Assembly: GCA_044892525.1 (NCBI GenBank)
Contig: CM097886.1
Span: 82,584,001-82,648,000 of the forward strand
From: Schmidtea polychroa
Taxonomy: Eukaryota
Length of the DNA: 64,000 nucleotides
Reading direction: 5' to 3'
Made by a program: the position numbers and the translations under genes. This document shows, piece by piece, positions 1 to 8,890 of this stretch. A model generated the notes under the pieces. That model ran no database searches. It had not been told where the DNA came from and worked only from the letters and a program-made list of their open reading frames with translations. Numbering within the stretch: position 1 is the stretch's first letter; every line of letters begins with the position of its first letter.

Positions 1-3000
1 GTCCACGTCATCAGAAATCATAAAAGCCGGTTTAAGTCGGCACAAATTTATATTTTGGGTAACACCGTTAATAACGATGTGAGCATTGTTATCCTTAATG
101 TCGATCAATTTGTAAGGCCCCGAATATCTCGGTTTGAGACCTGAATCCGTAATATTACGAAGATAAACGTGAGTTGCGTCCTTGAAGGACTTTGGGACGT
201 ACGGTGTATATGAGGAAGCATAAGAAAACTGTGGGTTGCTATCGATCGAAAGAAAATGATCTCTAGCCATATCTAATTCCTCAAAGGTAGGAGCGTTATC
301 GAAATCAACTAATTCGTTAGGTAACGATGTTGAAGAACCAAAAAGTAACTGTGCCGGTGTAGTTCCGGTAGTCCTGGAGGGTGTGTTACGCCAACCAAGA
401 AGGACAAAAGGTAAAGCTTTAGTCCAATTAAGTCTCGATGAAAGTATTCCAAGAGAGGTCTTCAAAGTACGGTGAAATCTTTCGATCATGCCGTTTGTCT
501 GAGGATGGTAAGCAGTTGAACGGAGGTGTTGTATACCGAGCTTTTCAGTTAGCTGTTGAAATAACTGGGATTCAAACTGAGATCCCCTGTCTGTGATTAT
601 TGATTTCGGAACACCGTATCTAGAAATCCAATGTTGCAAAATTGAATTTGCTACAATTTCAGCAGAAATGTTTTTCAGAGGAATAACTTCAAACCAACGC
701 GTTTTCCGGTCAATCATAGTTAATAAGTAAGAAAAACCGCGATCAGAAGGCAAGGGGCCGACCAGGTCGATGTGAAGAATTTCGAACCTATTTCCGGTCG
801 GATAGTGAATCATCTGTGGCTTAGTGTGTCTAGTGATCTTGTGTTGTTGACAACCGATGCACTGACTCACCCACAATTTAATATCGTGCCTCATTGCTGG
901 CCAAACCACATGTGAATGCAATAGGTTGAAAGTAGCCGACGAACCTGGATGATGTAAGTCGTGAATGGAGTGGAAAGCTAATTTCCGTAAGGAATCGTGC
1001 AAAATCGGTCTTAAAACACCTGATAAAGACGAGTCAAAGTGTACTCCGTCCACGATTTCAAGCTTATCGCCAAAAGCAGCTAGATCTTTTGCCGAAGGTG
1101 GATTGTCGCGGAGGCACTGTACTGGAAAAATCGGATCGTGCAATATAGCGTTGGTACTGCGGGAAAGACAGTCTGCAATAACGTTTTCTTTGCCGGCAAT
1201 GTGGCGTTTTTCGCAAGAAAATTCTGAAATATAACTGATTTGCCTCTGTTGTCGTGGAGATGGGTCTTTCATTCCAAAAAGATAAGTTAGCGGTTTGTGG
1301 TCAGTGTAGATGACAAAAGGACGACCTTCAAGCAAGTGCTTGAAATGTTTGATTGAAAGATATATGCCTAAGAGTTCTCGGTCGAAAGCCGAATATTTCC
1401 GTTGAGCGGAAGAAAGTTTCTTTGAGAAAAACTCTAAGGGTTCAGAAATGTCATTATGTAATTGGTGTAATACTGCACCAATAGCAACGTTTGATGCATC
1501 AGTGGTCAGACTCCAAGGTAAATCAGCATTGGGAAAATGGAGTGTTTGGATTTTCGAAAGTGCCGACTTAGCGTTTTCAAATGCACTGAGTGTGGTATCG
1601 CTCCATGACACTAAAGACTTTTTTGGTTTTGAGACGAGACCTGAAAGAGGTGACAAAATGTCAGAAACCCCTGGAATAAAACGATGACAATAGTTTATCG
1701 TTCCCAAAAAACTTCTCAGTTGTGAAACTGTTTTTGGAAGTGGGAATTTGGCTATGGTATCTAGTCTATCCGGAGGAGGTCGGATTCCATCTGCGGAAAT
1801 TAAATGTCCCAGGAAACGAGTCTCGTGTTGGAAGAAAGTACACTTATCGACGTTTACCTTAAGGTTGTATTGCCGAAGTGCTGTTAAAGTTCTTGTTAGA
1901 TGGGTTTTATGCGTCTCTAAGTCAGGTGATCCGACTAAAATGTCGTCTATGTAAGGAACTGCGAAAGGTAGGTCCATTAAGACTTGATCAATATACCTTT
2001 GAAAGGTCTGTGCAGAATTCCGAAGGCCAAATGGCATATGCACGTACTCGAAAAGTCCGATCGGAGTTATTACGGCTGTTTTTTCTATGTCAGACTCTCG
2101 CACGGGTATCTGATGGTACGCCTTCACGAGGTCGATTGTGGAGAAAGTCTTTGCCTTTGAAAGACGGTGAAGGATATCACTAACAAGCGGCATGCTATAG
2201 GAATCATGTACCGTAATAGCATTAAGGTTTCGATAGTCGCCACACGGACGGAAAGTGCCATCTTTTTTTGGGACCAGGTGCAATGGCGATGACCATGGAG
2301 ATTTAGATCTCCGAATGGTACCCTCATGTAAGAGGTTAGTAAACTCGGAACGTACAAATTCGAGTTTTTCATTCGACAGTGGTCTAATTTTGCATCTAAC
2401 TGGTAAAGATGAAGTTGTGTCGATCGTGTGGCAGTAAAGCGGCTTCGAAACGTCACTTATTGGCGTGTTAAAACACCTATTAATAATATCTAAGGCTATT
2501 TTTGGGTGTTCGATTGTTATAACCGTTTTCGACGGAGTAGTATTTATATCGTCCGTTCCTATCCGTTGTGGATCTTCAAAGATGTTTGAGGGAATAGTGC
2601 TGCAGTTTAATTGATTATTTATCCTTAAAGTGCGTCCGCGGCAATCTACGAGTAGTTCGTTAGTGCTTAAAAAATCAGATCCTAATATGGGGATAATAAC
2701 CTCTGCTATATAAAATTTCCACTCAAATAATTGGTCGGACAGAAATGGCAACGAGAAAGCAATTGTCTTTGAACCTAAAGTCTCAACAACACTACCGTTT
2801 GCGGCCTTCAAAGAAATATCGACAGTGTTGAGGTCTGGAAGGTACTCTTTAGGTAAGATCGACAAGCTGGAACCAGTGTCGACAAGGAATTTTAGTCTGT
2901 TGGAAGGAGACGACAATATATTAAAAGCGTTTGACTCTGCTTCTATTAAAAATAAATCTGATTTCGATGAAATTTTGCCTCCCACCTCTGCCGCTAGAAG

Positions 3001-3015
3001 TGGTGGCATTATAAG
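1..3015 (-). CDS. pol: Pol polyprotein (protease, RT, RNase H, integrase) in the -1 frame relative to ORF1, open to the window edge
   Basis: Hand-translated motifs, all in one frame: FLVDTGSS (DTG 2872-2880), YIDD (1942-1953), TDAS RNase H (~1492-1503), HHCC zinc finger (~850-960), STAYHPQTNGMIERFHRTLK (~430-520), GPYKLI...RLKPAF (~25-120). First in-frame ATG at 3009. Absence from the ORF track is consistent with no stop before the edge. Confidence 0.93.
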
Positions 3016-3021
3016 TTTTTT
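2977..3021 (-). promoter_or_regulatory. -1 programmed ribosomal frameshift signal (A AAA AAC, 7-nt spacer, hairpin)
   Basis: Heptamer 3021-3015 is in the ORF1 frame, and a -1 slip enters the pol frame. GCCACCACTTCT-AGCGGC-AGAGGTGGGAGGC (3007-2977) can form a stem-loop 7 nt downstream. Confidence 0.8.
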
Positions 3022-3053
3022 TGATTGCTTGCTTTAGGTTTTGTGTAATTGGA

Positions 3054-5858
3054 TCAGCCTTCGAAGCATTTTAAGGCTTTATCTCCAAACCTGTCGTGGT
3101 ATATGCACTTGTCAAGTATCTGACAGGATGGTGCTTTATCTCGCCAATTGCAACCTAGATGGCAGAACCGTGCCTTGTTACGAAACTTAAAATGGAAACG
3201 GCACAGGTTCCTGGTTGCAGGGGAAGGTGAACGTTGACGAGTATTTTGCACAAAGTGTGATTTTTGGGCATATTGCCTGTCGTCATTTGTCCGCCTGGTG
3301 GACATGCTATTCTCAAGCTCGCTGATGCGTTTAGTGAGGCCTGTAATAGCGCAAAGTAAGGCTTCTTCGGTCGAAGGTTTTAAAGAAGAAGAAGAAGGTA
3401 AAATTTCGGGGTTAGTGCTGCTACTTAACTGCACAGAGCAAGTTGGTTGCGGACCAAGTGGCACGACTTCGTTAATCTTGTCGGCCATCTTTGCTAGCTC
3501 TACCACGTCTGCTGTTGACGAAAGCGCTAAAATTTGTTGTGCGTGTGGCGGTAAAGCAGACAGAAAAAATTGCCTCAAGAGTTTTTGATCCGCCGCAGCC
3601 TCCGGGTGTATTTGCGTTAGTTCCGCCATAGCGTGTTGCAAGAACTGTGATGGTTTTCTGCTGCCCAAAGTTTGCGTCTTGAAGTATTTAGTGAAGACGG
3701 CAGCTGTAGGTTCCTTAAAAATATCGAGGATTGCCGTACGCAATTCTTCATATGGGTTTTTTACGCTAGTAGGCGAAGTGCGAAGGATCACGGACGAAAG
3801 TTTACTTAATTTCGTCGGCGGAATCAACGGCAAGATGCGACAGTATTTGTCTCGTGAACTGGTTACCTCGATTCCCTCGAGTGCTAGTTCGGTAGCTATC
3901 AGCCAAGTAAGTGGAGAGTTATTCTCATCCAAAAAATATTGACATAAGTACGTTGATCGCTGGTTGTTGGACCTACGCTTATGTTTTGCCTGTTTGGGGT
4001 TGCTGCATGAGTCATTCTCCGAATCGGAGGAACCGCCAGAAAGTGGCAACAAACAATGAATGACGCTGTATGGTGTCACTCCATAGTCGCCCAAGGTACG
4101 ACTGTCGGAAAGGATGTTGCCGTTATACGACAAGAGAAAATGGCATTTGTGATTAGTCAATGTCCTGTAATTTTTAGAAAGACCTTTAATTGTAGTGTCT
4201 GTGTCAACTGAAACGGTTTGTGTCTTATTTGTTCCAGGGTTTTCTATTAATATTTGGAACTTTTTGGGCCCCGGTGCGGCGCTACCCTCTCGTGTGGGCT
4301 GATGCTTATTTATATAATTTTTTATAATTTTATATATGATATCAATAATAATATAAATCAATAATAATATAGTATAATTTAATAATAATATAATAATATA
4401 ATTTAGAGGTAATCGATCTAAGGTACCTGGCGGTGCTGACACGGGCATTGCTCTATTGAGTCTCGATTCGCTGGGAGACGGTTTATTATCGTGAATAAAT
4501 GGCTGTCCCGGTGCACGAGAGTTTAATGTGAAAAAATCATTATTCTGTTGCATTAAGAATTCCTTTGGATTTGGTCGAAGCATGATGCGTTGTGGGGCTG
4601 TGTGTAAGACATCACTCGTTAGCGATTTGTTATTTGGTATATAATTATTGATCGGAGTCATTTTTTGACGATTTTCAACGGCAATCATCTCAGCCAATGC
4701 TTGCCGGGAAACATTAATCGAATCAAAATCTATATCGGCTGTATCTTTATATTTCTGATCGTAATGTGAATTCGGTTTCTCCGAGCCAAATATGCGATTT
4801 ATATCCATTTCGTTTCGATCCTGATACTGACCGTAGTTAAGTACACCGTTGTTGTTTGCCTGTTGATTGATGTTGTGATCGTATGACTGATTATTATTGT
4901 TGTTATTGTTGATTGCGGCGTGGTTTTGAGAATTTAAATGGTAGAAACTTTCCAGCAGAGAATTCGACGAACCAACTGAATTCAAACTGTTCATAAATGA
5001 TTTCTGATCTGAAACTCCTGGCAGGGGAGGTGTGGAATTCAGTGTACTGTGGAATTCAGTAATATCATTAACAGCTGAGCTATTGAAAGCACTGAATAGG
5101 GGATATTCGGATTTAATATCCGATGATTCAGATTGTAATTGAATACTTTTATTGATAAATTTGAAAGACGATTTATTTATCGGGTCAGCAATTTGAAATT
5201 GACCATTTGGGATATGATTATTATCTGTGATATTTGCAGGGGTTGAAATGGAATTACTTGATGATGTAGACTGCTGTAATTCTTTATAATACATATTTAA
5301 ATCCTTACATAGAACGACTACAGGATCCACAGAATCACGATCTGGAATTGTCTGAATTAATTTGATATACTCTTCTCGATTCGATGACAAACAACAGGAA
5401 TGAGCAATTATCAAATGATCTATCAGCCTATCAATATCATGGGATATAAGATTAAATTTTGATGAAAGTTTTAATTCAGAAAATATTTTGGAAAGCATAT
5501 GGAACATATTTTGACGTAATTCCGCTGTTCGTTTATGAGAAACTAACATAGATTGTATTTCCTGTAATCTGGATTTAACAATGATATTAGATAAATAAGT
5601 TTCTAATTGTTCAAATCTTGAACATTGTTCTGGCACTTCTGACACCAATGTTGTACCCGGTAATTTAGCGGCTTTTGACATTCGATTAGAAACAGGAACA
5701 CTTTCATTAAAATATGTCATTGAACCCGCAAACTTTTCTTGCATATCACACAAATATAATAGTGAATTTTCCAACGCAATTAATATCACAAATTTCAATA
5801 TATTTAAAGACAGTTCAATTTTTATACACAAATTAGAAATTTTATGGAAAAAGTTCAT
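3054..5858 (-). CDS. gag: ORF1 polyprotein: N-terminal extension + TM-like segment + ubiquitin-like domain + Gag (934 aa)
   Basis: Aa 610-934 contain Gypsy capsid-like motifs (LGSRKPSQFL, LLRQFFLSALP, LAKMADKI) and C-x2-H-x9-C-x3-C at aa 886-903. Aa 534-609 match ubiquitin by position. Aa 487-511 are hydrophobic. Confidence 0.9.
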   Translation of the reverse strand: MNFFHKISNLCIKIELSLNILKFVILIALENSLLYLCDMQEKFAGSMTYFNESVPVSNRMSKAAKLPGTTLVSEVPEQCSRFEQLETYLSNIIVKSRLQEIQSMLVSHKRTAELRQNMFHMLSKIFSELKLSSKFNLISHDIDRLIDHLIIAHSCCLSSNREEYIKLIQTIPDRDSVDPVVVLCKDLNMYYKELQQSTSSSNSISTPANITDNNHIPNGQFQIADPINKSSFKFINKSIQLQSESSDIKSEYPLFSAFNSSAVNDITEFHSTLNSTPPLPGVSDQKSFMNSLNSVGSSNSLLESFYHLNSQNHAAINNNNNNNQSYDHNINQQANNNGVLNYGQYQDRNEMDINRIFGSEKPNSHYDQKYKDTADIDFDSINVSRQALAEMIAVENRQKMTPINNYIPNNKSLTSDVLHTAPQRIMLRPNPKEFLMQQNNDFFTLNSRAPGQPFIHDNKPSPSESRLNRAMPVSAPPGTLDRLPLNYIIILLLNYTILLLIYIIIDIIYKIIKNYINKHQPTREGSAAPGPKKFQILIENPGTNKTQTVSVDTDTTIKGLSKNYRTLTNHKCHFLLSYNGNILSDSRTLGDYGVTPYSVIHCLLPLSGGSSDSENDSCSNPKQAKHKRRSNNQRSTYLCQYFLDENNSPLTWLIATELALEGIEVTSSRDKYCRILPLIPPTKLSKLSSVILRTSPTSVKNPYEELRTAILDIFKEPTAAVFTKYFKTQTLGSRKPSQFLQHAMAELTQIHPEAAADQKLLRQFFLSALPPHAQQILALSSTADVVELAKMADKINEVVPLGPQPTCSVQLSSSTNPEILPSSSSLKPSTEEALLCAITGLTKRISELENSMSTRRTNDDRQYAQKSHFVQNTRQRSPSPATRNLCRFHFKFRNKARFCHLGCNWRDKAPSCQILDKCIYHDRFGDKALKCFEG

Positions 5859-6115
5859 TTTTTTTGGAATATATAAACAAGCCAGGAAATCTTTTACAAA
5901 ATTTCTACATATAAGTAAACAAAATTACAAAGAATACAAAATTATGTCATTCGATAAAAAATAAACAGATTTTTAAAAATATGTGATTTAAAAAGCTTAA
6001 CGATTTTATAACGTTCGCGTAAGAATTTCAAATAGTCAATTTCTAATAATTAAATGCAGAATAAACAAATTTAGGTTTTATATTATTGTTAGGATTTGTT
6101 CCGTATTTCGCGAAT

Positions 6116-6426
6116 TGTAATGGATGAGGGTGTTGGTCTATGAGAGCCAACACTAAAACTATTGGGAGCCGAATACAGTTTATCTTGATAATGATAACAT
6201 GGCATCGAATTTGCTTTACTCTTCTGAGATTGATTAATAGAGCCTGATTGATAAGTAGAAGTATTAGCTGATCGCACGAATTTTGATTGACTGTTATTGT
6301 GTTCTGTTTGGTCCTTAGTCGCTGGTGACCGCGCATTTATATATATAATATAATATCGTATAATATAATATAATATAGTATAATAGGTATATAGATATTG
6401 TTAAGGCCGTGTAACGGCTCACTACA
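6116..6426 (-). repeat. Putative 5' LTR of the Gypsy element (inner boundary tentative)
   Basis: Starts TGTAG at 6426. TATA-like TATATAAAT at ~6335-6343. Candidate end ...CCATTACA at 6116. The 3' LTR is not in the window and no canonical PBS was found, so the inner edge is unverified. Confidence 0.5.
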
Positions 6427-7036
6427 CATAGCTTTACGGCAACAGGTCGCATGCGTCATGCCACCTTTGCGGAAGTGGCCAAATGGGTGGTCGAGGCATG
6501 GGATAAATTGAATCCGGCGATTATCACCAGTGGATTCAAGAAAGCGGAAATCTTACTGGCAGACAATTATGACAACGACGACTCTGATAGCGATGATGAT
6601 GATGACAACTATGAACTGACTGTACCAGATGAAATTGGTCAATTATTTGAAAGCGATACTGAAGGCTTTAATGGATTTAATGGATTTACAGACTCTGATT
6701 TTTATTGATAAATTTAACTTCATTAATCGACATTTATAACTTAGGCATTTCGTTTTATTGATATAAAGAATTTCTCTATAAATTAAAAAGAAATATTCCA
6801 CGTTATTAAATACTTGCGCTAAATGATTTTTGTTCTCACCTCTTCTCTTTAGTGTCTTTAATTAAACTTGGTGACCACCACCGAACAAAGTAAACATTTC
6901 CGCAGAGGCATGCTTATTACTGTATAAGTGCGACTTAAATAACGGAGCGACTTATATATTAATTTTTCCAAAATTTTAGCAATTTTTTACAATTGCGACT
7001 TATACACAGGAGCGACTTATTACCCGGAAATTACGG
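6427..7036 (+). mobile_element. 3' part of a pogo-type DNA transposon, truncated by the Gypsy insertion
   Basis: HSFTATGRMRHATFAEVAKWVVEAW...GFKKA (6427-6708) parallels the C-terminus of the transposase at 59366-60724. Ends in a TIR ...CTTATTACCCGGAAATTACGG followed by TA (7037-7038). Confidence 0.85.
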
Positions 7037-7038
7037 TA

Positions 7039-7742
7039 ATTAAAAATCAAAATTTTAAAAAATGAATATTTTCTGGGGGAAACTGGTATGGGCGGATGCT
7101 AAATAATGAGACGAGTTCAGCTATAATAAAATAAAATCAATGGGGGGTCCCTAAAAAGAATAAATTACAAAAAACAAACATTAATTAAAAATTAATTAAC
7201 TAATGAAAAACCCGAGCTAATGGGAAACCCGAGCTAATGGAGAACCCGAGCTAATGGGAAACCCGAGACAATGGGAAACCCGAGCGAATTGAGAAATCCA
7301 ATTTTGGGAAGGCAATTAATTTAGCCGGATAAAATAAAAGTAAGAAGAGCCGTCAAAGAAAATGAGCCAATTCCCTTAAATTGAATTAGACCTCCAAGAG
7401 GAAGCCCGGGGGGAAGTAAGACCAAAACTAATTGGCAAAAATAAAGTCAATTACCAAGTGGGTATAAAAGCAACTGGCAAGAAAACAAAACTGCCAGTTG
7501 GTCGAAGAAAAGAAAGTCGAAGTTTAACGAGAGCGAAAAAGGAAATATTAAAGTTGAGATTTGTTGGCAAATTGAAAAGTGCAGACAAAACCTGATTGTA
7601 TCAAGTGTGAGTAAACTAATAAAAAGTGTAAAAGTGTAACTGCATCAGTGTTAATAAAGATTTTGTGTTGGGTCATTTATTTATTTTGAAAAGAACTTAA
7701 AGGAGTCAGACCGTGGTACCGACTTACATTAAAAGCCCAACA
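7039..7742 (+). mobile_element. Solo-LTR-like element, 5' end displaced by the pogo insertion
   Basis: Closely similar to the reverse complement of 39274-40100 apart from its first ~90 bp. Ends GGAGTCAGA...CCCAACA. Contains a 17-18 bp tandem repeat CCCGAG(C/A)(T/C)AATGG (~7200-7275). Confidence 0.8.
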
Positions 7743-7749
7743 AATTTAT

Positions 7750-8890
7750 AGTTTATATATATAATTAGACTATAATTTATACATATATACAAAAATTGAC
7801 GGTTTATACTTTGTATATCTGATTAATTTATAATTTATACTTTACGAGCTTATAATTTATATATAACTAATTGTAATTTACAACTCTTGGGATTCACCAT
7901 CTATATTTATGAATACTGAAATTATAGTTTGCAACCAAATTTACACTATATCATTAATAATTTATATTTTACGAATAATTCAGATTTTATAATTCAAAAT
8001 TATAGCCTGTAACCAATGTTCCCTCTAAGCCATAAGCAGCAGTGCGCGCAAAGTCAGCTGCACTGAGCAGCCTTTAAATACAAATGAGCGGTTGAATTAA
8101 ATATACTGCGCTGAAAATAATTTTGCTGCGCTGGGGAGTTGGAGGTGCTGCGCGCGCGTACGCGCGCAGCTTAGAGGGAACGTTGCCTGTAACCAAAATT
8201 ATACTCCATAATCCACATTTTACACTTTATAAATAAGTTATATATTGAAATTACAGTTTGTAACCAAAATCATACTTTATAAGTTACAATTTATATTTTA
8301 TAAATAAGTTATCTTGAAATTACAGTTTATAACCAAAATAATAGTTTATAATCTATAATTTATATTTTTCGAATAAGTTATATTTGACATTTTGAAATTA
8401 TAGCTGATAACTAAAATTATACTTGGTAATTTATAATTTATATTTTACACATAAGTTATATTTTGAAATTACAGTTTATAACCAAAATTATGGTTTATAA
8501 TTTATGATTTATATTTGTCGAATAAGTTATATTTGATATTTTGAAATTATAATTGATAATTAAAATTATATTTTGTAATTTATTATTTACATTTTATAAA
8601 TAGGTTACATTCGAAATTACAGTTTATAACCAAAATTATGGTTTATAATTTATGATTTATATTTGTCGAATAAGTTATATTTGATATTTTGAAATTATAG
8701 TTGATAACTAAAATTATACTTTGTAATTTATAATTTATATTTTATAAATAAGTTATATTTCATAAATTGCGAACTTATAATTTATATTTTCACAGAAAGT
8801 GCTAAAATATAATGTATAATTTATGAGTGTTATAAATTCATAATTTATAATTTGTAGGTAATATGAACTTATAGTTTTTGGTTTCATAGG
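7750..8890. repeat. AT-rich degenerate minisatellite
   Basis: Recurring units of the type AAATTACAGTTTATAACCAAAATTATA...AATAAGTTATATTTG. Confidence 0.75.
8014..8185. mobile_element. hAT MITE
   Basis: TIRs CAATGTTCCCTCTAAG / CTTAGAGGGAACGTTG. 8-bp TSD CCTGTAAC at 8006-8013 and 8186-8193. Confidence 0.9.

Larger units (their letters stand above)
1..6426 (-). mobile_element. Ty3/Gypsy LTR retrotransposon, CsRn1-like (CHCC Gag), with extended ORF1; 3' end lies outside the window
   Basis: gag-pol order PR-RT-RH-IN on the minus strand. CHCC knuckles are typical of the CsRn1 clade. The outer LTR edge TGTAGTGAG begins at 6426 and cuts a pogo transposase frame exactly there. Confidence 0.95.

Noticed and set aside
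965-3942. Short plus-strand ORFs over gag-pol, and ORF 2124-2456 on the minus strand
   Set aside because: Shadow or alternate frames of the retrotransposon coding sequence with no recognisable motifs.
4235-4285. 2A/StopGo peptide at GSAAPGP or IENPGT next to the Ubl
   Set aside because: Neither matches D(V/I)ExNPGP.
6323-6330. TGGTGACC, a tRNA-Trp PBS-like sequence
   Set aside because: It is on the strand opposite to the element and inside the presumed LTR. No complementary partner downstream supports self-priming.
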